Below are positions 12,236 to 24,251 of a stretch of DNA of 64,000 nucleotides, piece by piece (position 1 is the first letter of the stretch; each line of letters opens with the position of its first letter). The notes under the pieces are model-generated. The model did not search any database and was not told where the DNA came from. It saw nothing but the letters and a program-made list of their open reading frames with translations. Source of the stretch: Mobula hypostoma (taxonomy: Eukaryota); contig NC_086108.1 in the NCBI RefSeq assembly GCF_963921235.1, positions 71,612,001 to 71,676,000 on the forward strand, read 5' to 3'. Both the position numbers and the translations under genes were made by a program.

Positions 12236-15200
12236 TCATAAGACCACAAGACATAGACCTACTGAGTTTGCTCCGCCATTCCAACATGGCTGATCCCAGA
12301 TCCCATTCAACCCCATTCACCTGCTTTCTTGTTATATCTGTTTAAACTCCCTATACCGACTATCTTGCTGGCGAACCTGCAGTCTCAGGTGAATAAAATC
12401 GATGATCACAGAGCCAGGGTGCTGAATCAGAGGGACATTAGGACCATGCGTGTCCTTTGTTTCACAGAATCCTGGTTAACCCCTTCCATACCGGATGCAG
12501 CAATCCAGATTGACGGGTTTACTATACAACGTCAGGACAGATCTATAGAGTCTCTCAAAAGCAGAGGTGGAGGAGTATGACTCATTATCAGCTCTTCTTG
12601 GTGCACAAATATATCTGTACTGTCCCAATTCTGCTCAGCATACCTGGAATATCTAGCAGTAAAGTGTTGTCCTTTTTACCTACCACGGGAGTTCTCTGGG
12701 GTCATCTTGGTAGCAGCTTACATTCCACCTCGGGCCAATATCAATCAGGCTTTAGATGATCTCAGCGATGGGATCAACATGCACGAAACAGCACACCCTA
12801 ATGCCTTCACCATCGTTTTGGGAGATTCTAACCAGGCCAGTCTGAAAAAATCGCTAAGCAGCTACCATCAACAGATCACTTGCAATACCAGAGGAAACAA
12901 CACACTGGACCATTGCTACACCACCAACAAGAATGCCTACCGTGCTATTCCACGCCCTCACTTCGGGAAGTCTGATCACCTGGCTGTACTCCTACTCCCT
13001 GAGTATAGATAGAGACTGAAGACTGCAGCACCAGTAGTGAGGACCAAGAAGGTTTGGACAAGGGAAGCTCAGGAGCGCCTACAGGACAGCTTTGAATTGG
13101 TGGACTGGACTGTATTCAGGGATTCATCGCCGAACCTGGATGAGTATGCTGCAGTTGTTACCGACTTCATTAAAACCTGTGTGGAGGAGTGTGTGCCCAC
13201 AAAGACTTACTGTACATTCCCAAACCAAAGGCTGTGGGTGAACCAGGAAGTACGTCGTTTGCTGAAGGCTAGATCCGTGGCATTTAGGTCTGGCAACCCA
13301 GGCCTGTACCAGAAAACCAGGTATGATTTGCAGAGGGCTATTTCAAGGGTGAAGAGACAATTTCAAATGAGGTTGGAGGCGTCATTGGATTCACGGCAAC
13401 TCTGGCAGGGTCTGCAAGACATTACTTCCTACAAAGCAAAACCCAATAGCATGAATGGCAGCGATGCTTCACTACCAGGACATCTTCAATGAGTGGCGTC
13501 TCAGAAAGGCAGTGTCCATTATTAAGGACCTCCAGCACCCAGGGCATGCCCTTTTCTCACTGTTACCATCAAGAAGCCTGAAGGCACTTACTCAGTGATT
13601 CAGGAACAGCTTCTTCCCCTCTGCCATCCGATTCCTAAATGGACATTGAATCTTTGGACACTACCTCACTTTTTTTTAATATACAGTATTTCTGTTTTTG
13701 CACGTTTTAAAAAATCTATTCAATATACGTAATTGATTTACTTGTTTATTTATTATTATTATTTTATTTATTTTACTATGTTTTTTTCTCTCTGCTATAT
13801 TATGTATTGCATTGAACTGCTGCTGCTAAGTTAACAAATTTCACGTCACATGCCGGTGATAATAAACCTGATTCTGATTCTGATCCCTGACCAATCAGGA
13901 AACTATCTACTTCTGCCTTAAATATACCTGCGGACTGGGCCTCCACCGCAGTCTGTGGCAGAGCATTCCACAGATTTTCCAACCAAAATTCCTCCTCATT
14001 TCTCTTCTAAAAGGTCATCCCTCGGTTTTGAGGCTGTGCCCTCTAGTTCTGGATACTTACACCAGAGGAAACATCCTCTCCACATCCACCTTATCTAGTC
14101 CTATCAACATTCAGTAGCTTTCAAAGAGATCCCCCCCACATTCTTCTAAATTCCAGTCAGTACAGGCCCAAAGCTGCCAAACGTGCTTTATTTGTTAACC
14201 CCTTCATTCCCAGAACTCCTCTGGATTGTCCAATGACAATGCATCCTTTCTGAGATATGGGGCCCAAAACTGTTGACAATACTCCAAGTGCGGCCTGACG
14301 AGTATCTTATAAAGCTTCAGCATTATCTCCTTGCTTTTGTATTCTATTCCTTGAAATAAATGCCAGCATTGCATTTGCCTTCTTTACCACAGTCTCAACC
14401 TATAAATTAAACTTCTGGCAGCCTTACACGAGGACTACTAAGTCCCTCTGCGCCTCTGATGTTTGAACCTTCTCTCCATTTAGGTAATAGTCCACACTAT
14501 TGTTCCTTTTACCAAAATGCATTATCATACATTTCCCAACACTGTATTCCATCTGCCACTTTTTTGCCCATTCTTCCAATTTGTCTAAGTCCTGCTGCAA
14601 TCGCATTGCTTCCTCAGCACTACCTACCTCTCCACCTCATCCTCAAACTTTGTATCATCCTCAAACTTTGCCACAAAGCCATCAATTCCATTATCCAAAT
14701 CATTGACATACAAGGTGAAAAGTAAACACAAAATAAAAAAGGTGAAAAGTAGTAGTCTCAAACTGACCCCTGAGGAACACCACTAGTCACAGGCAGCCAA
14801 CCAGAAAAGGCCTCCTTTATTCCTACTCATCAGCGATTCCTCTTTCCATGCCAGTATCTTTCCTGTAACACTACAAGATTTTATCTTGTTAAGCAGCTTC
14901 ATGTGTGGCACTTTATCAAATGCCTTCTGAAAATACAAGTAAATTACATCCACTGCCTCTCCTTTGTCCACCCTGCTTGTTACTTCCTTGAAGAACTCTA
15001 ACGGATTTGCAGACAAGATTTCCCTTTCAGAAACCATGCCAACTTTGACTTAATTAATCAATAGTCTCCAAGTAACCTGAGACCTTATCCTTAATATTGG
15101 ACTCCAACACTTTCCCAACCACTGAGGTTAGGCTAACTGACCTATAATTTTCTTTCTTTTCCTTCCTCCCTTCTTAAAGAGCAGAGTGACATCTGTAATC

Positions 15201-16400
15201 TTCCAGTCCTCTGGGACCATGCCATAATCAAGTGATTCTTGGAAGATCATGACCAATGCATCCATAATGAGTGCTTTGCATCTGTCTTCACTGTGGAAGA
15301 CACTAGCAGTGTGACAGAGGTCCGTGAGAGTCAGGGATCAGGAGTGAGTACTTTTGCTATCACAATGGAAAAAGTGCAAGGCAAATTCAAAGGTCTTAAG
15401 GTGAATAAGTCACCTGGACCAGATGGACTACATCCCAGAGTCCTGAAAGAGGTTGCTGAAGAGATAAATTTCATCTGCCATTTCTTTGTCCCACATTACT
15501 ACCTCACCAGCGTCATTTTCCAGTGGTCCAAAATCGACTCTCACTTCCCTTTTACTCTTTATCTAACCAATGAAACTTGCTGCTTTATATTGTTGGCTAG
15601 TTTGCCCTCATATTTCATTTTTCCCTTCTTATAGCCTTTTATGTTGCCTTTTGATGGATTTTTAAAACTTTCCAATTATCCAACTTCTCACTCAATTTTG
15701 CTACCTTATATGCCCTTTCCTTGGCTTTTATGCAGTGCTTAACTTCCCTTGTCAGCCACGGTTACCTACCCCTATCATTTGAGAAATTCTTCTGTGGGGC
15801 ATAGCTATCCTACGTCTTGTGAAATATTCCCAGAAACTTCAGCCATCTCTGATCTGACATCATCCCTGCTAGTATCCTGCTTCAGTCTACCTGGGCAAGC
15901 TCCTCCCTCATGCCTCTGTAATTCTCTTTATTCCATCGCGATGCTGATGCATATCTGTTATGGTTCTCCCTCTCAAAATGCAGTATGAATTCAACCAAAT
16001 TATGACAACTGCCTCCTAAGGTTTCATTTACGCTAAGCTACCTAATAAGATCTGGGTTGTTACACAACACCCAACCTAAGATAGCCCTTCCCTGAGTAGG
16101 CTCAAGCACAAGCTGCTCTAAAAAGCCATCTCGTAAGTATTCAACAAATTCCCTCTCTAGCGATCTGACACCAACCTGATTTTCCCAATCCACTTGCATA
16201 TTGAAGTCCTCCTTTACAATTGTGACATTACCTTTATTACATGCCTTTTCCAGCTCCCCTTGCAATCTCAACCCCACATCTTGGCTACTATTTGGAGCCT
16301 TATATATGATTCCCACAATGTTTTTTTCACCCATGCAGTTTCTTAACTCCACCCACAAAACTTGAACATTCTCTGACCAAATGTCACTTCTTTCTTTCAC
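12236..16400 (-). mobile_element. CR1 LINE, decayed, containing a Rex1-like insertion and an internal micro-inversion
   Basis: APE remnant (LWVELRN...IVGIIYKAPNS...EDFN), RT remnant (VDVIYLYFQKAFDKVPH), LQQDLDKLEEWAKKWQM, and a 3' UTR split around 12331-13884. Confidence 0.85.
12331..13884 (+). mobile_element. Rex1/Babar-like LINE lacking RT (endonuclease region joined directly to the 3' end)
   Basis: APE motifs (LCFTESWL, AAYIPP, LGDSN, TRGNNTLDHCY, PHFGKSDH). At about 13478 the sequence jumps to the C-terminal/3' UTR region. Ends in AATAAA and an (ATTCTG)n tail. Confidence 0.8.
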
Positions 16401-16661
16401 AATCCTCTATGATATCTATGCTGCTCTTATTTCCATCATTTGATTGGGCTTGAATAAATTACTCCTCTAAAAGCACTCATTTGCCAAATGCTTGAACTCA
16501 GGAATTCCCCCAAGCAGATTTGCCTTTCTACTTTTCTTCCTTGAAACAATCTTGCAGAAACTTAACTCTTTGACCAAATCCTTGATCATATTCACTAATG
16601 TCTCTGTATGTAATTTGGTGTACCAGTTTGTTTAACTATGCTCCTTGAAATACAATATTGG

Positions 16662-17488
16662 AAAATGCATGGTTATGCACATTGGTAGTAGAAATAAATA
16701 TGCGGACAATTTTCTAAACAGGGAGAAAATCCAGGAATCTGAGATGCAGAGGGATTTGGGAGTCCTTTGTAGAACACCCTGAAGGTTAAATTGCAGGTTG
16801 AGTTGGTGGTGAGGAAGGCAAATGCCATGTTATCATTCATTTCAGGAAGTCTAGAATACAAGAGCAAGGATGTGATGCTGAAGCTTTATAAGGCACTGGT
16901 GAGGCCTCACCTTGAGTATTTCGAACAATTTTGGGCCCCTCAACTTAGAAAAGATGTGCTGGCATTGGAGAGGGTCCAGAGGAGGTTCACAAGGATGATT
17001 CCAAGAACGAAAGGGTTATCATATGAGGAACATTTAATGGTTCTGGGTCTGTACCTACTGGAATTCAGGAGGATGTGGGGGGATCTCATTGAAACCTTTC
17101 GAATGTTGAAAGGCCTAGATAGAGTAGATGTGGAAAGGATATTTCCCATGGTGGGAGAGTCTAGGACAAGAGGGCACAGCCTCAGAATAGAGGGGCACCC
17201 TTTCAAAACAGAGATGTGGAGAAGTTTCTTTAGCCAATGGGTGGTGAATTTATGGAATTTGTTGTCACATGCAGCTGTGGAGGCCAGGTCCTTGGATGTA
17301 TTTAAGGCAGAGATTGATAGGTTCTTGATTGGACACAGCATCAAATGTTATGGGGAGAAGGCTGGGAAGTGGGGTTGAGGAGGAGATAGAAGCAAAGGAT
17401 CAGCCATGATTGAATGGTGGAGTAGACTCGATGGGCCAGATGGCCTAATTCTGCTCCCATGTCTTTTGGTCTCATGGTCTTATGGTCT
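16662..17488 (+). mobile_element. CR1 LINE 3' fragment
   Basis: ORF 16791-17378 (LYKALVRPHLEY...LERVQRRFTRMIP), CR1 3' hairpin region and (CTTATGGT)-like tail. Confidence 0.9.
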
Positions 17489-17869
17489 TTCAAGTTCAAG
17501 TTTAGGTTTAATTGTCATTCAACCATACATGAATAAAGCCAAACGAAACAGCATTACTCCAGGGCCAAGGTCCGAAACATAGTGCACCATTCATACACAG
17601 CACAAGGCACATATAGCACATTTAAGATAGCATGAAGATACAGTCACACAAAAGAATATAGTCCAAGACCCTGAGTCCACGAAGAAGTTAAAGCAGATAT
17701 GGTCTGAACTAAGGAAATAATATGCCCGTGATTAGATGAGAAACATATTTCTGCATTTTATGATCTTAATTCAAGGCCATGGTTTCTACTGAATCTGCAG
17801 CTCTGTATTGTCATATGTCGCAGATTGTAATACATAAATACAACTCATACAAGACATTTAATCTAGTAT

Positions 17870-18155
17870 ACACTCAGTATATTAGGCACACTTGCATGTT
17901 AATGCAAATATCTTATCAGCCAATCATCTGGCAGCAACTCAATGCATGAAAGCATGCAGACATGGTCAAGAAGTTCAGTTGTTGTTCAGACCAAACATCA
18001 GAATGGGGAAGAAATGTGAATTAAGTGACTTTGAACTGTGGGATGATTATTGGTGCCGGACAGCATGGTCAGTGTGGCTCAGAAACTGCTGATCCTCTGG
18101 GAATTTCACACACAACAGTCTCTGCTAGAGTTACCCAATAAAGTGGCCACCAAGC
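17870..18155 (+). mobile_element. Tc1/mariner-derived internally deleted element
   Basis: Start of a Tc1 transposase (MGKKCELSDFE...) between degenerate ends TA-CACTCAG...TATTAGG and CCAATAAAGTGGCCAC. Confidence 0.65.
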
Positions 18156-18200
18156 ATAAACTGCAAAACCAGGCTGATGTTATTCCTAATTGAATTATCT

Positions 18201-18216
18201 TACTGCCATCTAGTGG
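18201..18216 (-). promoter_or_regulatory. Candidate CTCF site
   Basis: Minus strand reads CCACTAGATGGCAGTA, matching the CCASYAGRKGGCRS core; lies in apparently non-repeat DNA about 5 kb upstream of the POMGNT1 promoter. Confidence 0.5.
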
Positions 18217-18432
18217 AGACACACTGCTAACTCTTTGCCTGTATTCCATTAATAATTTTGTGAGATGCCTTGCACATGACATACTGAAGTATCAGAGCTC
18301 TAGATGCTTAATAGTTCGCATCTCACAACCTACAATGAAGGATTTGTAGGAGTTTGGAAGAAAGGTCAATAAATCTGACCTTCACATTTCTGACAAAGAG
18401 TTAAAGAGATTAGGATTAAAAGGTGAGAATTT

Positions 18433-18750
18433 AGTCATAGTCATAGTCATAGTCATACTTTATTGATCCCGGGGGAAATTGGTTTTCGTTACAGTTGCAC
18501 CATAAATAATTAAATAGTAATAAAACCATAAATAATTAAATAGTAATATGTAAATTATGCCAGGAAATAAGTCCAGGTCCAGCCTATTGGCTCAGGGTGT
18601 CTGATCCTCCAAGGGAGGAGTTGTAAAGTTTGATGGCCACAGGCAGGAATGACTTCCTATGACGCTCTGTGTTGCATCTCGGTGGAATGAGTCTCTGGCT
18701 GAATGTACTCCTGTGCCCAACCAGTACATTATGTAGTGGATGGGAGACAT
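18433..18750 (-). mobile_element. Rex1/Babar-like LINE 3' end, same subfamily as 24252-25727
   Basis: Near-identical to 24252-24570, with a (GTCATA)n tail on +. Confidence 0.88.
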
Positions 18751-19078
18751 TTACATAAAAGATACAAACTAGGTGGAGGACTGGGCCATTTGGCATATTA
18801 GATGGCCCTGACATTCAATAGGGTCATGGATGATCTGACTGTAACCTTATATTGCATTCCCACCTACCAGAGCAAACCCTCCCAGACTCGCACATTCTCT
18901 TTGCTACTGTACAGATTTCCCTCATACATTCCAAAGATGAGCTGTTTCAAAGACTCATGGTCCTTTGGGAGAAATGCATTTGCCTCTTTTCTACCTTGAA
19001 TGGGTGCCCACTTACTGTTAAAGATGAACCATCCCCCTCTGTGAATACATGGCTCCTTCACAGACAGAATTAAGTGCA

Positions 19079-21030
19079 CCAGGTTCCTGGGAGTTCACAT
19101 CATGGATTACCTCAACTGATCCCATAATATCACTTCCCTGAACAAGAAGGCACAGCAGCACCTCCACTTCCTAAGAAAATTGAGGCAAGCAAGGCTCCCC
19201 CCTCCCATATTAACTATGTTTTACAGGAGCACCATTGAGAACATCCTGACAAGTTGCATTTCCATCTGGTATGGGAGCAGTCATGCATTGGACCAGAAGT
19301 CCATTCAAAGGATTGGGAGCACAGCTGAGGGGATTATAGGTGTCTCCCTACCATCCACCATGGATATATAGTATATAAGGAGTACTGCATACAGAGGGCG
19401 CTTAGTATTATTAAGGATCCTACCCATCCATCCGGAATCATCTGATTTTCTACCATCAGGCAAGAGTCTACGATGTATAAAAGCAAGAATGGACAGGATG
19501 AGAAACAGTTTCTCCCCCCGTGCCATTAGGCTTCTGAATTCCCTGCCACATTACATTCGATGTGTCACCAGTTGATCTGTTCCATACCTTACAATATTTA
19601 ATATTAATGCACTTCATTTTTTATTTATGTGATATTCATCTGTAAATTTTATCCTTATCTTCATACTGTAAGTTATGTGTGCTACTGTGCTTTACACCCT
19701 GGTTCAGAGAAACAATATCTTGTTTCTATATACATTTTTTTGAGGATGTAACCTTGAAAATGGACAAGGGAGAGCCAGTGGATGTAGTGTACCTGGACTT
19801 TCAGAAAGCCTTTGATAAAGTCCCACATAGGAGATTAGTGGGCAAAATTAGGGCACATGGTATTGGGGGCAGAGTACTGACATGGATTGAAAATTGGCTG
19901 GCTGACAAAAAACAAAGAGTAGCGATTAACAGGTCCCTTTCGGAATGGCAGGCGGTGACCAGTGGGGTACCTCAGGGTTCAGTGCTGGGACCGCAGCTGT
20001 TTACAATATATATTAATGATTTAGATGAGGGAATTAAAAGTAACATTAGCAAATTTGCCGATGACACAAAGCTGGGTGGCAGTGTGAAATGTGAGGAGGA
20101 TGTTATGAGAATGCAAGGTGACTTGGACAGGCTGTGTGAGTGGGCAGATGCAGTTTAATGTGGATAAATGTGAGGTTATCCACTTTGGTGGTAAGAACAG
20201 GAAGGCAGATTATTATCTAAATGGAGTCAAGTTAGGAAAAGGGGAAGTACAACGAGATCTAGGTGTTCTTGTACATCAGTCACTGAAAGTAAGCATGCAA
20301 GTACAGCAGGCAGTGAAGAAAGCTAATGGCATGCTGGCCTTCATAACAAGGGGAATTGAGTATAAGAGCAAAGAGGTCCTTCTACAGCTGTACAGGGCCC
20401 TGGTGAGACCACACCTGGAGTACTGTGTGCAGTTTTGGTCTCCAAATTTGAGGAAGGACATTCTTGCTATTGAGGGAGTGCAGCGTAGGTTCACAAGGTT
20501 AATTCCCAGGATGGCGGGACTGTCATATGTCGAAAGATTGGAGCGACTGGGCTTGTATACTCTGGAATTTAGAAGGCTGAGAGGGGATCTTATTGAAACA
20601 TTTAAGATTATTAAGGGATTGGACACGCTGGAGGCAGGAAGCATGTTCCTGCTGATGGGTGAGTCCAGAACCAGAGGCCACAGTTTAAGAATAAGGGGTA
20701 GGCCATTTAGAACGGAGTTGAGGAAAAACTTTTTCACCCAGAGAGTGGTGGATATATGAAATACTCTGCCCCAGAAGGCTGTGGAGGCCAAGTCTCTGGA
20801 TGCTTTCAAGAAAGAGATGGATAGAACTCTTAAAGATAGTGGAATCAAAGGTTATGGGGATAAGGCAGGAACTGGATACTGATAGTGGATGATCAGCCAT
20901 GATCACAGTGAAAGGTGGTGCTGGCTCAAAGGGCCGAATGGCCTACTCCTGCACTTATTGTCTATTATTTATGGTTATATATGATATGCACGTATATAGT
21001 CAAATGGCAATAAACTTGACTTGACTTGAA
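19079..21030 (+). mobile_element. Rex1/Babar-like LINE 3' fragment split by a CR1
   Basis: ILTMFYRSTIENILTSCISIWYG; the 3' UTR resumes after 20966 and ends AATAAA plus (ACTTG)n. Confidence 0.75.
19737..20966 (+). mobile_element. CR1 LINE, 5'-truncated, RT plus C-terminus
   Basis: VYLDFQKAFDKVPH, SGVPQGSVLGP, ISKFADDTKLG, LYRALVRPHLEYC; one frameshift near 20150; CTATTGT-type tail. Confidence 0.93.
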
Positions 21031-23449
21031 ATAATTAGCCTTAATTCTAGATTTTTCTAGAAGAGGAAATACTCTCCTCGTATCAAGAAGATTTTATATT
21101 TTGTAAGGCACAACTACCTCTTGAGTCTCTGGACAATAACAGTTCCACCCTGCCCTGCAATAGGCTATACTATAAAGGAACTATGCTTGACTTCTTTCCA
21201 TAATACTTGATTGAACTAATAGACATAAATACTTCGGTGATAAGTACTGCATTGCTTTAACAGAGGAAAATAAAATGAATGGACCATTGGTCTAAAAGCA
21301 ACCCTGAAGTCTTAATATTATGCTCCTATTACAGTCCCAGAACTACAATCACCCATCCCATCATGAGGTAGGAGTTCAGGGATGGTGATTGTTTATGGAC
21401 ATTAAATGCCCAGCTTGCAACAATGACCGCACCCCATGAATAAAACACCACCCACCTTTGCCTAGACCAACTTCTCTTTTTTTGTTTACAAAAATCAGCT
21501 TTTAGTTCATTTTGAAAATAACAATTTGCCTTGTATCAATTGTTGTAGTGGAAAAGAATTCCAATCATCCACTACTCTTTTCATGGGGGAGTGTTTTCTT
21601 ACTTTCCAATTTTCACTTTTAAAAGGCTAATCTATAAGTTTGTTACCCTTTATTCTTAACTCCCCCAGACAGCAGAAATAATTCTTTACCATTTTAGTTC
21701 CTTTTTCCTCCTTCTCTTTTTGGATTGCCTCCTTCTCCAAGGTGCTGTAGTCAGCATTTAACGGTGTTTTTGATGATCTCTACCTGTGGTCCCTTTTCTA
21801 ACTTGGTTCCCCTTACTCAATACACCATAATAATTCCATACCCCTTTATGAGATTGAACCAGGAACTGAAGCAATGTCCTGAAAATTAATCCTCCTCCCT
21901 TTTATGCTTCAAAATATTTTGTTCCCACATTTTGGTTAGACAGATATACATTGGATGTGTACTCATTACAAGCCCTGACTCTTCAATTTAGATTCTTGAT
22001 ATGCTGTGTAACATCATTCCCTATGATATTTGCAATTTTTAAAGTCTGCTGACTTTTTTTATGTTGAAGACTATTGGCCTACACAATATCGCATATGGAA
22101 TCCCGAGCAAGGTAGACCTTAAGGTAAACTAGCCAAGGACAGCTTCATTCCTAGTTTAAGAAAGTTGAAATTTGCCAAACTCCATAAAAAGAAGAATCCA
22201 GTACAGTCAGTTACCTTCGAATTGGTCTACTCCCAATACTCACCAATAACCTATTCTCCATTGGTCAAATTGGATTCTGGCGGTCCCATTTATCTTGATA
22301 CATCATTTAAGAATTCCAGAGTTACTGCTCTTGATGAGAAAACATTATTTGATTGTACTATGCATCATGAAGCCTCATATAGTTATGAGAGCAAGACAAA
22401 CTTTCTGCAGAAATGGCTTCCTTCCTTCCCTAAACCATTCTATCAATTGCCTGACATATCAAGATGGTAAGAATAATCTCCACTAATCTGAAGGGGTGGA
22501 ACTCCAACAGAAGTCAGTTTTCTACCATCCAGGACAAAGCATGTCACTTGATTTATGGTCTGTCCAGCATCTTAGACTTTAGTCCTTCTGTAAGTTGTGT
22601 ACCATTGCTTTAATTTGTATTGTTTACAGAAAGTTCTGCAATTAGATGCTAAGACTTCATGAGCTGTACCACACAACTGGGATGTTGACGATATACAGGA
22701 TGATGGGAGCATCATTATCTGCAAACTTCCCTTGAAATTTACATAACTTACTGGCTTGGAAATACATTACTTGTCCTTCATTATTCCTGAGTCAACATCC
22801 TAGAACTCTCTGCATTCCCTTTTGTTTCCCATATTACCATCAGCTGTAGCATAGTTCATGATTACTTCAAGCCCCAAAGGGATTGTTACAGAAATTCAAG
22901 TCTTGCATTTTACTATAGGAGCAGCTTCCACTCATGGACTGCAGCATTTCAGGTAACATTGTACCATCTTCTCCGGTAGAGTAATAAGGGATCAATAGTA
23001 AATGTGAGCAACGTCCTAATCTAATATTAAGTTATCTATCCATATATCCAAATTGCTGTGTCATGAGGAAACTGTCTAATCCTAATACATAGTAAGAGAA
23101 ATTTTAATGCAAACCGAACAGAATGAGTTTGCTCATATTTAAAGTATGTTAGCTCAAAGTAAAGTTTGCATGTAATTATTGAACCATTACTGGTATTCGA
23201 GGTGAAATAATACTTTCATGAACAAAAAAACCATAAATAATGTGAGGCCCTGGGGGGTTGTGGTGAGTGGTTCTGTGCTGTCAAGCAAGAAATGAAATAG
23301 GAGAGAAACTGTCATGCAGATGTCTCAGATGAGATACGTGCAAGGAGAAAATCAAATTTATTTTGAACAATCATTTACAACACTGCAAATATATGTGTAA
23401 CAATATAAATTCTATTCTCTGATTACAGTTAACCCGATCAACAACAGAG

Positions 23450-23830
23450 GTCGCAGAATTCAAGATGGCGGTTGTGAATAAGGTCTATTCACGGCTAGGA
23501 CCCGGAAGTGAATAGCGGGGTGGGCGATGACCAGGAGTCCAGGTTCGGGCCTGCAACTTGGGTCCGGGTACGGGAAACAATGATCCCCGGTGGTGAATGA
23601 AGGCCGGACCGGACGGCAGCAGGTCGCCTCTGATGGACGAGTGGAAGCCGAACCCGCGAGCCAAGCCTTTCGTCCCGCGGCGGCACAGGAGCTGGTTCAT
23701 CAGCTGGAAGTACAGGCTGAGGGGACAGCGATCGGTCAGGAGGCTGTGCCAGGTGAGGAGGCCTTGGCGCCGGGCATAGCCCCGCTCCCTGTCGGTGTAC
23801 ACTGGAGCCGCAGGGGAAGGAGGAAGCGGG
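23450..23830 (+). promoter_or_regulatory. CpG-island promoter / 5' region of POMGNT1
   Basis: Sharp rise in GC and CpG in otherwise AT-rich DNA. YY1-type CAAGATGGCGG (23461-23471), ETS-type CCGGAAGTG (23502-23510) and GC/GT box GGGGTGGGCG (23517-23526), directly before coding exon 1. Confidence 0.75.
23633..23752 (+). CDS. POMGNT1: POMGNT1 coding exon 1 (cytoplasmic N-terminus)
   Basis: [40 protein letters not shown] matches the recalled vertebrate POMGNT1 N-terminus (MDDWKPSP...RRFCQ); 120 nt; donor CAG|GTGAG, phase 0. Confidence 0.93.
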
Positions 23831-24251
23831 GTAGGAAAGGTCGGGGGGAGTGGAAAGAGAGGGAAAGGGGTGGAGTGGAAGGAGAAATGGGAGCCTGACT
23901 TCATATCTGCAGTGCCACTTCGTAACAATCGGCACCTCAAAGCAGTGGTAGAGACTCTCACAACACGCAGGCAGTGTAGATGATGGGATTAGTACGTAAT
24001 GAAATGGTATTTCATGGTTGCATTGAAGATGGCAATTGAAGTTCTGGTTTCTGTGCTGTATGCTTCATGAGGCTATAGGGTGTCTGCAGAAGTCTCTAAA
24101 ATAGGTGGGATAGGGGTTCAATGTCTGTGCTTAATTCCCCATCTTCTGGGTTCTACATCGAAGTTCAAAGTAAATTTATTATCCGATTAGGTAAACTGTA
24201 TGTCACCATACAGATCCCTTTTCTTGTAAGCATTTGTAGTTGAATAAAGAA

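Noticed and set aside
14636..14672. 18 bp tandem duplication TCATCCTCAAACTTTG
   Set aside because: Ordinary slippage inside a dead CR1.
22165..22470. 101 aa ORF ending near an ATG|GTAAG donor-like site
   Set aside because: No recognisable homology, non-ATG start, and no link to the POMGNT1 frame.
1..23400. LURAP1 or another neighbour gene upstream of POMGNT1, expected from human synteny
   Set aside because: I found no LURAP1-like peptide (e.g. LRAIDVKILQQL) in the ORF track or at the splice-like sites I inspected; short exons could have been missed.
23485..23961. Long antisense ORFs over the POMGNT1 promoter
   Set aside because: Expected by-product of high GC content; low-complexity Pro/Arg-rich translations.
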